From contig CAZMVZ010000001.1 of assembly GCA_964570065.1 (NCBI GenBank), positions 41,652-105,651 of the forward strand: a DNA stretch of 64,000 nucleotides. The letters are read 5' to 3'. Position 1 is the stretch's first letter. The number at the start of each line of letters is the position of its first letter. This document shows, piece by piece, positions 18,108-27,562 of this stretch. Both the position numbers and the translations under genes were made by a program. The notes under the pieces are model-generated. The model ran no database searches and had not been told where the DNA came from. It saw nothing but the letters and a program-made list of their open reading frames with translations. This DNA comes from an uncultured Candidatus Poseidoniales archaeon (GTDB taxonomy: Archaea; Thermoplasmatota; Poseidoniia; Poseidoniales; Thalassarchaeaceae).

Positions 18108-21100
18108 ATGCATTTAGCAAATCCAAATTATGGAGAATCTGGGCCCGCGGCCAAGAAGAGATCAGCCTCACTTCTGACCTTCTTGATACTAATGTCAGGG
18201 GGGGCCTCCATGCAATTAGCCGTCTTCGAGGCCTCTGCTACTGTGAACGACCAGGATGCAGACGGACTCCCGTATGGGATTGAGTTCCTGATCAACACTC
18301 AGCCACAGGATTGGGACTCGGATAACGATGGGCTCCCTGATGGATGGGAATGGCAATATGGTTTAGACCCCCTATCGTCATCTGGAGATAACGGCTCCAC
18401 CGGAGATCCCGACTCCGACGGACTCACAAATCTGAACGAGTATCTTTACGGAATCCCCTCGGGTTGGGATGAGCCATCCACTACGAACGTCCTGGACAAT
18501 GGAGTTTGGTGGAATGGAACTATTCCTGTTTCGAACTGGGACGAGGAGAGCGCCATGCAAGTGATTCAGGGTTCTGGTTCAGACGGTGCAGACGAGGATC
18601 CGGTAGGAAACATCTGCACAGATACGTTCGACAACGATCACGATGGAATGGTTGATTCCAATGATCCAGACTTCGATGGGGATGCCGATTGCAGCTCCAA
18701 TGATGATGATGGAGACGGAATCGAAGATGAGGATCCCAATGGTTGGGATACCGATGGAGACGGGATGCCAGATGGGTGGGAGGCAGCAAATGGCCTTGAT
18801 CCGACCTCGAACTCAAACCAAGATGGGACTTTTGGGGACCCAGACTCAGACGGGCTATCAAACATTTACGAGTACGTCAACCCTGCATGGGGGACTAGGA
18901 ATGGGACGACATTCCCACCAACACAATACTTCAGACCCGGGCCAATCAACATGACGATAACTGAGTCACCCTGTAATCCAGTACTTTCCCTCGGCCCTGG
19001 GGGGTGTGGAATCTTTACCGCCGAGGTCGATGGCATTACCCAGACCGACCCACAGAACAACGACACCGATGGAGATGGCCTGAATGACTCCCTGGAGGGA
19101 CTCATCTTACTTACTGACCCAACCTCTCCGGATACTGACTCGGATGGAATTCTCGATGGAATCGAATACAATGGCTCGTATGGTGATCCGGCCCAGGGAT
19201 CAGACCCTAGGGATAACAACACGGACGGAGACCATTTGGATGATGGAGACGAAGATCTGAATGGCAATGGGGTGGTTGATCCAGGTGAGACAGATCCAAC
19301 GAGAATCAACGACGAGGGCGATTTCGATGGTGATGGGCTGCAAAACTGGGAGGAGAACAACTCCTGCACTCTATGGAACGTTTCCGACTCAGATGGAGGT
19401 GGAATAAGTGATGGAGACGAAGGCTTCCCCGGGCAGACCGATCCGTGTACATCCATTTTCGAACTTGTTTTCACAATTATTTCCTGGGATGGAGATGCCG
19501 ACACGCTAACCATCAACTCCACAGAAGGGATCAATCCAGATCCGGTGGATTGGAGGGGAAATGCGCCAATGGCTTACTTCGTATCCCCCAATGGAACTCG
19601 GACCCCATTCAGCTATGCCTCCCTGGAGGCGCCATCCTTCCTGAAAGGGGTGGATACAGAACCCCCAACAGGCGCAGCAACGATTCTGTTCACCAACGGC
19701 TCTTGGTGTTGGGATGCTTCTGTCAATGCCACAAACGACCCATGGTGCGATGATGACTACAAGGACTCGGATGGAGATGGTCTCGCAGACTGGGAAGAAT
19801 TGACAGCAGCTTGGGGGTTCCTATCTGACCCGACACTATACGATTCCGATGGAGACGGCGTCAATGACCTATCCGAAACTCTGAATCTAACTGACCCAAG
19901 AGAGCCCTGTCACAATCTCCTAGATTCCGATGAGGATGGCCTCAACAACTACTTCGAGAATACAACGGGATGCTCAATGATTTTTGGAATCGGGGGTTTT
20001 GGATTCGGAGGCAATTTCACATCTGACGTTTGGTTCACTCTCTGGAACGTAGCAGATACCGACAATGGAGGGGTCGAGGACGGGCAGGAATATCTAGACG
20101 GGACAAACCCTCAAGACAATCCTGATGACGACATCAACCCCCTCGATACTGATGGCGATGGCATACCTGACATAATCGAGCAGGATATAGGAACTGACTG
20201 GCTTGACCCAGATTCCGATGGAGGGGGAATCCCTGATGGGGAAGAATGCCCCGAGGATTTCTGGGTTCTGGACTGCATAGGGTCTCCCGGCGATCCTTTC
20301 GATCCTATTGATGACATACAAGAGAACGCACTGATGTTCACTGCTACCAATAGTTCCGAGGGACTAGATCCAACTGTCAAACACTACTGGAGGTGGCATA
20401 CCTATGACTTCTACACCGGGGTTTCGTGGGGCGTGAATAGCACCCTCGTGGGCAATACCCAAGTTACTCCGGAATTCTCAACAGAACAAGGGGTGGCAGA
20501 CCAGTCTTTCTGGAATCACTCAGGACCACTATCTTGGGAGATAGTTTTCGATGAAGCTGGATACATCGGTCCCGGACAGGAACTAATACAACCTCACAAT
20601 GTGGTGAATTACACGGCATGGGTGGATAGTTCCGCCGGTCTCAACTTCTCGAACTACACTCGTGACATAATCGTCGATAGTGCCGTCATCGAAGCTCTAT
20701 ACGTCAACGCTCCGGAGGTGGTATTATCCGCTGTAATTCGTGAGAATTCGACAGCATTCGCCGATTCCGATTACGGCAAGGATCTACCTCCGGACTTCAT
20801 GAACAACTCAGGTTTCGTCGCTAACCTTACTCAGGATGTCATAGACCAGTCGGGGGCTATCTCAGCATGGGACAAGGTCACTGCTATCCAGAATTTCATA
20901 GTGAACGGTAATGAAACAATTTCTTTCCTAAGGAATCACTACGGTTCGGGTAGGGAAAGCGGTCTTGGGATAGATAGTGATGTTTCACATTGGATTCTAA
21001 ATTCATCTAGGGAAGGAGACTGTGATGAGTTTACCTCGGTCTTTGTGACTATGCTTAGGATGGCAGGTATCCCTGCACGCAAGGTCACTGGCTTTTCAGG

Positions 21101-24100
21101 TGGCTCATGGGATGGCAAGGCATTCAAAGTGTACGGAAAAGACTTCACTAGATGGGCCGAGGTTCATCTCCAGACCAATCAGAACCAGGGTGAGCTAGAT
21201 CTTGGTTGGATTCCCTTCGAAGCTTGTCCCCCGATGTCTGAAGTAAGGATTAATGTGGAGTCTTGGGGGCCAACGTCAGTTGAGAGGAATACAACGACAT
21301 CAGAACACATCTGGGTCGAGGGGACCTTGGAGTTTGTAGAGAACCAGACTCTGGTGGATAACATATCACTCTCAATGTACCTTGTCGAACCCAGTCAATC
21401 CGAAGAGGTGCCCGGAAGTGCCGCCATTCTGGAGCACGTGGTGGCCAATGTTACAACGAATGAAAATGGCTCATTCAATCTAACAGGACTTCCTCCTCAA
21501 ATAATACAACCAGGTTTCGGATCTCTGGTGATCCTTACCACCGAGATGGGATATGTCGGCATCCAGGGAATTTCCATGCCGTGGCAAGTCAATATCACAG
21601 ATGACGTATCCTTGTCTATTACCAGTCCAATTCCAGTAGGTCAACCAATGCTTGGGATTGGGGTCAATTCTTCAATAACCGGACAACTTTCTTGGGCAAG
21701 TTCACCTTTCTTGGACCCTTCAATTGTGGATGACCTGCAGGTCGTTCTGAACTACTCTTCGGATGTAGATGGCGAAGTTTCGGTTGTTTCCGGTGTATCC
21801 GGAGGGGGATATTACGAGTTCATAGTACCAATCGACGAGACAGAACCTCTTGGATTAATGGATGCTGCTATTTCATTCCAGGGTTGGCATTTCGAAGATC
21901 TGAACAATGCCACCCTCCCTTCTTACCACGCGCTTCCGGGTATCCTGCCCTTCAAGCTGAACATCACGCTATCTCCAAACCTAACAGTAGGGATTCAGTC
22001 CCAAGGACAGAATAACTCGATTCTGGAGATTGGAAGCAATATCTATCTGAACGGAACAGTACTCAGTAGAGGCCCGTCTCCTTCTCCGCTGAATGGGACA
22101 TTGATTCTAGAGATGCGAAGAGCTGATCTCTCTGGACCATTCCAAGAGTTGACCACATGGTACCTCAATGACTCCTCATGGGGCTCCACTCCGGGGGATT
22201 TCTCAATCGCTTGGCCCTTCTCTGCCTCTGACGTCCCCCTCCCTGCGGGGCCGGTTGATGTACGTCTGCAGTTCGACTCCGATGACTTGAATTCGAATGA
22301 CCAAGAACAATTTGTCGATGTCTACGGAATACGGAGCTTCGTTGTTTTCGATTACGAACTTGCCTTCGCCATCAGGGGCAGGGAGTATGCCGTTGACGTA
22401 TTACTAGAGGATCACACTGGCTCGTCTTTTGCTCCATTTGATGGCGAATATACCTTACTTTTTGATGGGGACCTCGTTTGGAACGAAACCGATCCTGACG
22501 CTGGACGGGTAACTCCAACCTTCACTCCATCTTTTGGCATGATCCCGGGGGACTATTTTTGGAACCTCAGCTATGGTGGCTCCACTTGGCTCAGCCCCAA
22601 TTCTACATCAGGTCTTCTAAGGGTCCGAGGAATGGGCAATGCATCCGCAAGTGTCTCTAATGATTGGTCCGTCAGAGGATCGACAAACTGGATCTCTGGA
22701 TTCGCAAGAGATATGGTGCTGCAGAACCAGATTACCGGAAACAACACTTCCGTAACTGTGCAGCTTCTGGTACCCTCGACCCTACCTCCCACTCCAGGCG
22801 GATTCCCAGCAGCCCCCACGATCTACAATATCGCAAACGGTTGGGTGGACGAAGCAACAGGTGCATACAATCTTTCATTCGAGATTCCACAGGGTATTCC
22901 TTCTGGCGTATACGAGATTGATGTCACTTTGAGTTTCTCTGGTAACCCTCCAGAAGGAGGAAGCTACTACAACGCAGGAGATCCAACAACAATCAGTTTA
23001 GGCGTGCAGACGGAGTTTGTAGTCGAGACCGACCCCCAGTCTTCGATAGTTACTGCCGGGGAAGAATTGCTCCTCCAGTCTACTGTAACGGATGTTGAGG
23101 ACCCAAATGCAGAACTGTCTGGTGTGTCTTTGGATCTCTACTTCGACTGGGGTGGGCCTCTCCAGACAATACTCCAATCTGGAACTACTAACTCTGGAGG
23201 AATTGTCTCCTTCGATCCAATTGTCCCGTCCACCGCTCCACCCGGATATTACGACATTAGGGTTCACGCGGCTGACGATCTTTCTGATAACCTCACAACG
23301 CCCGGAGCGGGAAGATGGCTCGGGAACGAGAGTTTCGTGAATCTAACTGTACAGGTTGTCAGCTCAGTTGAGATTACCTCAATTCCTTCCCAAGTTACTG
23401 CACTACAATCCTTCAACTTAGTGGGCAATGTGATGGATTCAGTAGTTGCCAATAGAACCGTAGACGGACCAGTTGGCATCAATGTATTCTTCCTTGACGA
23501 ACCAGAAGAACTTCTAATTAATAATCAAACTACGAATATTACTGGAGCGTTCAACCTCATAGTTCCAACCGATACCCTCGGAAACGGTGTCCTCAGAGGA
23601 GACAGGACCCTAGTCGTTAGCGTAGTCAATGGCTCGACACCGTTCTACCTGACTGGCAACGGGGATGCATCGATACTAGTGGTGGGGGTTTCCCAATTCG
23701 TAGACTCAAATCCGTTTGTGAATACCATTGTGGACCGTGGCGAATCAATCACCATTACGACTAGGCTAGTAGAGTTCAGCAACAACGAGAATCCACTTTC
23801 AGGCTTCGAAGTGTGGGCTCGTTTCCACGATACTTGGCTCGATCCGGGCGTAACTGCTGCTGATGGAAGTATTGCCTTCGAATTCGAAGTCCCTCATGAC
23901 CACCCTCTGGGGCTCGTTAATGTCACCTTTGTCTTCAACGGTTCCGTTGACCTCCACCAAGCAGTGCTGACTCTGAATACCATCACAGTGAGATCTACAG
24001 CTACCATGGTAATAGATCCGATAACTGCAAACCCGCTTCCAGGAGAATTCTTCAACGTCACAGGCTCTTTGACATCTAGTAACGGATCGGGACTATCTGA

Positions 24101-27068
24101 CAGTTCTGGCAATCCTCTGAATCCAACACTGACATTCTCAATTGACGATGAATCCAGTACGTTCATAGTTTCCCAGGTTACATTCAATGCCGATGGAACT
24201 TGGTCAGCAGAACTTAGACTCGACTTGTCATTCCCCCGAGGACCACATGGATTGGGTGTTTCTTTTACACCCCAGGTGACATATTTCTCCTCAGCATCTG
24301 GATTTGCTACCTTCGATAGCAGGGGCTTTTCGGTTCTAACAATAGAAAGCCCAGATGACCTTGATCCCGACAACAGGACAATCAGAGGGGAAACTTTCGA
24401 TATCTCTCTCTCCCTGATAGATAACGCGGGCGGGCCTGTGATATCTGCCACCATAGTGGTAAGAATTGACAATATCACCGTATGGGGCGGTCTGACTGAT
24501 CCTAACGGTACCGCTTCAGCATCAATACTGGTTAGGCCAGACAGAGACCCTGGGCCAATGGTGGTCACAGCAACATTCTCAGGAATCAATGGTACTATTG
24601 GCCTTCTTGGTGATGTGTCTTGGACAAGGCTAATCGTCCTGGCCCCCACGAATCTAGTGCTGAAAGAAGCATCCTCTCCCTCCATAGCCGGTGGGTCTGT
24701 AACTCTGGTCGGTTCACTTTTGGATGAAAGGGGGCAACTCCTGAAGTCCGAGGGCAACACCAGTGGTGGGCTGATTCATCTGTACATTGATGGGATTGAC
24801 GTTGGGCCTGCTTACACCACTTTCTCCAATGCTACCACGGGGCAGTGGTCTATCACATACCTAATTCCTTCAGAGATGGACTTCGGGCCCCATACAGCTC
24901 GAGTAGATTTCCTAGGCGGATTTTCTTGGGTAGATCCTATGGGCCAAGGTGACTCCCTCAATCCAGAATACTACTTGGGTTCCTCTGACACAATGGCATT
25001 CAATGTGACTCAACCAACTCAAGTGGTAATTTCCACACCCCCTGAAGAAATTGACAGGACAGAGGTAGCAGTAGTAGAAGGCGTTCTGACGGATGGCGTC
25101 GGCCGAGCCATCCCAAGTAGAGATCTCATCATGTCGGTAGATGGGCAGGAAATAACATCAATATCGGTGGACGGAAATGGTTCGTTCACAGGTTTTGTCC
25201 CAATTGCGTCAGACATGTCACTGGGGCCGATTGTTATCGGCATAGCTTTCGCCGGGGAGGATTTCCTACTTCCATCAGAATCATCAGTGGTATTCACTGT
25301 CTTTTCCCCAGTTTTCGTCACAATGGATCCAATAGGGCCAATTGCCGTGGGTGACTCCTTGTTGATTTCGGGTTCTGCCAAGGATAACTTGGAGGATGGT
25401 TGGTTAGGGAGCCAAACAATCGAGATCTTTGTTGATGGTGTACTGGTGGGGATAACTAGTAGTCAGGAGACCGGCAATTGGTCATTGGAGTGGACGATCC
25501 CCGATTCAATGGATATTGGGAACCATTCGATTTCTGCAATTTCTCCAGCACAAGGGTTCTACAGGCAGGGCATAATAGAGTCGAATTTCACCGTCTCTTA
25601 CCACACCTCAATTTCACACCAGGTCGAACAGACGTATGTGACCAGAGGGGGGCATTGGAACTTCAGTGGCAGACTTTTCGAATCTGACACTGGTTTTGAG
25701 CAAGGACTTGAGGGTAGGGAGATTTCAGTATTATTGGATGGAGCCCCTGTCGAATTGGTAGTTACCGAAGAGGGCGGTTTCTTCTCCTACAGCCATAGGG
25801 TGCAATACGCATTGAGCAGAGGTTCTCATAACGTCTCTTTCCTGTTCGGTGGCGAGTTCCTCTACCTCTCCACAGGTTCCGTGTCGCAGGTGTTTGTCCT
25901 GTCAGACATCGTAGTCGAGGTACAACCAATCACCAACACGATTATTCGAGGCGATGCATCTCCATCCAGCTCGATAATGATACAGGGGCTTGTAAGGGAG
26001 TTGGGAGGCGAATCCGCAATCTTCGCCAACCTTTCCATGAGCCTAACATGGGGTGAATCTGACCTTCCAATCACTTCCGGGCCTTGGGATAATCCGAGTA
26101 CGATGAACTTCCAGATCAGAGCAAAGGCCCAGGAATTCATGCATCCAGGTGAGAATGTCATCACTATAGTAGTCGATTCAGACCAGTCCAGGTTCCTGAA
26201 TGGTGTTTCCAAGGAAATCGAGATTCTCGTGATGATAGAGGTTGACTTCGTATACTCTGAATTGGACCTCTCAAACGGCCAGAGGGTGATTAGGGGGACT
26301 GTAAACGCCACTGCTAGGGATACCGGCGCTCCACTGGAGGGACTTTCCCTAACCGCTAGCCTGATGAATGGCAGTACTACTCATTTTTCGGTTTCTAAGC
26401 TAACCGGGGAAGATGGTGTCTTTCAGTACGAATTCAAGTCAATGGCCCCATTGCCCGCCTTGTCTGAACAATCTCTTCCACCAGAGGGATGGGGTCTCCT
26501 AAGCGTGATGATTGGCTCGGACTCAGAGTTCATCGATCCGGGAAGCCTCGCTCTGCTGCCCTCTTCTGGCGTCCCAATAACTTACGAGAAACAAGAGGGT
26601 GACTCTCTCTTTGGCAGTACATATGTTGCACTCGGTGCTCTGTTGGTAGCAGCAATCGCCATCGCAATCGGCGCCATGGCTTTCAATACGAAGAGGAAAT
26701 CAACAATCAGGGATCTAGCCAAGGTTCTGGGCCAGACCGCAGAGATGCTGGCAGCTGGCGATGAATATCGCCGAGCCATCTTCCTATGCTACGAGAATAT
26801 GTGTTCAGTCCTAATGCGCCGGGGTTTCCTACGAAGGAACTTCGAGACAGTTCGAGAGTTCGAGTACGCAATCAGAGAGGCTCTGCCAATCAGCGAGGCT
26901 TCCTTGGTGCCCCTGGATAGAATTTTCGAGGAGGCCAGATACTCAAGTCACGTTCTTGGGGACTCTCATAGGGACAACGCACAACTAGCTCTCTCTTCGG
27001 TCATGCAGGAGATTGAGGCGATTCAAGACATTCCAACGAGGGATTTACAGTTGGAGATTGAGGAGTGA
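18108..27068 (+). CDS. Giant (2986 aa) surface protein: TSP3-like Ca-binding repeats, transglutaminase-like (TgpA-type) domain, Ig-like array, TM and DUF4129-like tail
   Basis: Many DxDxDGxPDGWE/TDP repeats; YWRWHTYDFYTG; GDCDEFTSVFVTMLRMAGIPARKVTGF...RWAEV...GWIPFE; C-terminal TM then ETVREF...LDRIFEEARYS. Confidence 0.85.
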   Translation: MHLANPNYGESGPAAKKRSASLLTFLILMSGGASMQLAVFEASATVNDQDADGLPYGIEFLINTQPQDWDSDNDGLPDGWEWQYGLDPLSSSGDNGSTGDPDSDGLTNLNEYLYGIPSGWDEPSTTNVLDNGVWWNGTIPVSNWDEESAMQVIQGSGSDGADEDPVGNICTDTFDNDHDGMVDSNDPDFDGDADCSSNDDDGDGIEDEDPNGWDTDGDGMPDGWEAANGLDPTSNSNQDGTFGDPDSDGLSNIYEYVNPAWGTRNGTTFPPTQYFRPGPINMTITESPCNPVLSLGPGGCGIFTAEVDGITQTDPQNNDTDGDGLNDSLEGLILLTDPTSPDTDSDGILDGIEYNGSYGDPAQGSDPRDNNTDGDHLDDGDEDLNGNGVVDPGETDPTRINDEGDFDGDGLQNWEENNSCTLWNVSDSDGGGISDGDEGFPGQTDPCTSIFELVFTIISWDGDADTLTINSTEGINPDPVDWRGNAPMAYFVSPNGTRTPFSYASLEAPSFLKGVDTEPPTGAATILFTNGSWCWDASVNATNDPWCDDDYKDSDGDGLADWEELTAAWGFLSDPTLYDSDGDGVNDLSETLNLTDPREPCHNLLDSDEDGLNNYFENTTGCSMIFGIGGFGFGGNFTSDVWFTLWNVADTDNGGVEDGQEYLDGTNPQDNPDDDINPLDTDGDGIPDIIEQDIGTDWLDPDSDGGGIPDGEECPEDFWVLDCIGSPGDPFDPIDDIQENALMFTATNSSEGLDPTVKHYWRWHTYDFYTGVSWGVNSTLVGNTQVTPEFSTEQGVADQSFWNHSGPLSWEIVFDEAGYIGPGQELIQPHNVVNYTAWVDSSAGLNFSNYTRDIIVDSAVIEALYVNAPEVVLSAVIRENSTAFADSDYGKDLPPDFMNNSGFVANLTQDVIDQSGAISAWDKVTAIQNFIVNGNETISFLRNHYGSGRESGLGIDSDVSHWILNSSREGDCDEFTSVFVTMLRMAGIPARKVTGFSGGSWDGKAFKVYGKDFTRWAEVHLQTNQNQGELDLGWIPFEACPPMSEVRINVESWGPTSVERNTTTSEHIWVEGTLEFVENQTLVDNISLSMYLVEPSQSEEVPGSAAILEHVVANVTTNENGSFNLTGLPPQIIQPGFGSLVILTTEMGYVGIQGISMPWQVNITDDVSLSITSPIPVGQPMLGIGVNSSITGQLSWASSPFLDPSIVDDLQVVLNYSSDVDGEVSVVSGVSGGGYYEFIVPIDETEPLGLMDAAISFQGWHFEDLNNATLPSYHALPGILPFKLNITLSPNLTVGIQSQGQNNSILEIGSNIYLNGTVLSRGPSPSPLNGTLILEMRRADLSGPFQELTTWYLNDSSWGSTPGDFSIAWPFSASDVPLPAGPVDVRLQFDSDDLNSNDQEQFVDVYGIRSFVVFDYELAFAIRGREYAVDVLLEDHTGSSFAPFDGEYTLLFDGDLVWNETDPDAGRVTPTFTPSFGMIPGDYFWNLSYGGSTWLSPNSTSGLLRVRGMGNASASVSNDWSVRGSTNWISGFARDMVLQNQITGNNTSVTVQLLVPSTLPPTPGGFPAAPTIYNIANGWVDEATGAYNLSFEIPQGIPSGVYEIDVTLSFSGNPPEGGSYYNAGDPTTISLGVQTEFVVETDPQSSIVTAGEELLLQSTVTDVEDPNAELSGVSLDLYFDWGGPLQTILQSGTTNSGGIVSFDPIVPSTAPPGYYDIRVHAADDLSDNLTTPGAGRWLGNESFVNLTVQVVSSVEITSIPSQVTALQSFNLVGNVMDSVVANRTVDGPVGINVFFLDEPEELLINNQTTNITGAFNLIVPTDTLGNGVLRGDRTLVVSVVNGSTPFYLTGNGDASILVVGVSQFVDSNPFVNTIVDRGESITITTRLVEFSNNENPLSGFEVWARFHDTWLDPGVTAADGSIAFEFEVPHDHPLGLVNVTFVFNGSVDLHQAVLTLNTITVRSTATMVIDPITANPLPGEFFNVTGSLTSSNGSGLSDSSGNPLNPTLTFSIDDESSTFIVSQVTFNADGTWSAELRLDLSFPRGPHGLGVSFTPQVTYFSSASGFATFDSRGFSVLTIESPDDLDPDNRTIRGETFDISLSLIDNAGGPVISATIVVRIDNITVWGGLTDPNGTASASILVRPDRDPGPMVVTATFSGINGTIGLLGDVSWTRLIVLAPTNLVLKEASSPSIAGGSVTLVGSLLDERGQLLKSEGNTSGGLIHLYIDGIDVGPAYTTFSNATTGQWSITYLIPSEMDFGPHTARVDFLGGFSWVDPMGQGDSLNPEYYLGSSDTMAFNVTQPTQVVISTPPEEIDRTEVAVVEGVLTDGVGRAIPSRDLIMSVDGQEITSISVDGNGSFTGFVPIASDMSLGPIVIGIAFAGEDFLLPSESSVVFTVFSPVFVTMDPIGPIAVGDSLLISGSAKDNLEDGWLGSQTIEIFVDGVLVGITSSQETGNWSLEWTIPDSMDIGNHSISAISPAQGFYRQGIIESNFTVSYHTSISHQVEQTYVTRGGHWNFSGRLFESDTGFEQGLEGREISVLLDGAPVELVVTEEGGFFSYSHRVQYALSRGSHNVSFLFGGEFLYLSTGSVSQVFVLSDIVVEVQPITNTIIRGDASPSSSIMIQGLVRELGGESAIFANLSMSLTWGESDLPITSGPWDNPSTMNFQIRAKAQEFMHPGENVITIVVDSDQSRFLNGVSKEIEILVMIEVDFVYSELDLSNGQRVIRGTVNATARDTGAPLEGLSLTASLMNGSTTHFSVSKLTGEDGVFQYEFKSMAPLPALSEQSLPPEGWGLLSVMIGSDSEFIDPGSLALLPSSGVPITYEKQEGDSLFGSTYVALGALLVAAIAIAIGAMAFNTKRKSTIRDLAKVLGQTAEMLAAGDEYRRAIFLCYENMCSVLMRRGFLRRNFETVREFEYAIREALPISEASLVPLDRIFEEARYSSHVLGDSHRDNAQLALSSVMQEIEAIQDIPTRDLQLEIEE

Positions 27069-27069
27069 C

Positions 27070-27522
27070 TCAATCCAACTTGATTGCAATGAATTCCCCT
27101 TCCCAAATTGCCCCTGAAACACGCCTCTCCTTTGGTAGCCGGAATGACCTGATCAATCCTCCAAACCTCTCTGGGGAAATAACTCTGACAACCTGAGAAT
27201 CATTGTCGTTCGTAGTCTCGATGGTAAACTCATTCTTGTTGGTAGTTGGCAAGGGGATCCTAATCTCAGATTCCGACCATTCTCCTCCGAACTCAGAGAC
27301 AAACTCACCCAAAGTGGAAACAGACTCGCTCAGGACTCTCGACTCGATTTCAGAGACTACCGAGTCATGCATCCCCATTACTTCAGAGAGATGGGGCAAC
27401 TCATTTAGGAATCCTCGATGCATGGACTCTGCATCTGTATCAAGGCCTACTTTCAGATCGGCCAGACCACCAATTGACTCTATTTCTGCATCAGATTGGA
27501 CATCAACCCTGGTCCACTCCAT
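27070..27522 (-). CDS. Hypothetical protein with a C-terminal Hsp20/alpha-crystallin-like beta sandwich
   Basis: IRIPLP...GGLIRSFRLP...GAIWEGEFIAIKL resembles Hsp20-like strands; fills the gap downstream of the helicase. Confidence 0.55.
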   Translation of the reverse strand: MEWTRVDVQSDAEIESIGGLADLKVGLDTDAESMHRGFLNELPHLSEVMGMHDSVVSEIESRVLSESVSTLGEFVSEFGGEWSESEIRIPLPTTNKNEFTIETTNDNDSQVVRVISPERFGGLIRSFRLPKERRVSGAIWEGEFIAIKLD

Positions 27523-27562
27523 GCATTGCCCAGTTACCCGACTCGCATGAACCCATTGTAGG

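Noticed and set aside
18240..20330. Repetitive DNA suggesting a CRISPR array or DGR repeats
   Set aside because: The repeats are degenerate protein-level DxDxDG motifs with no fixed repeat-spacer period; no cas or reverse transcriptase gene in the window
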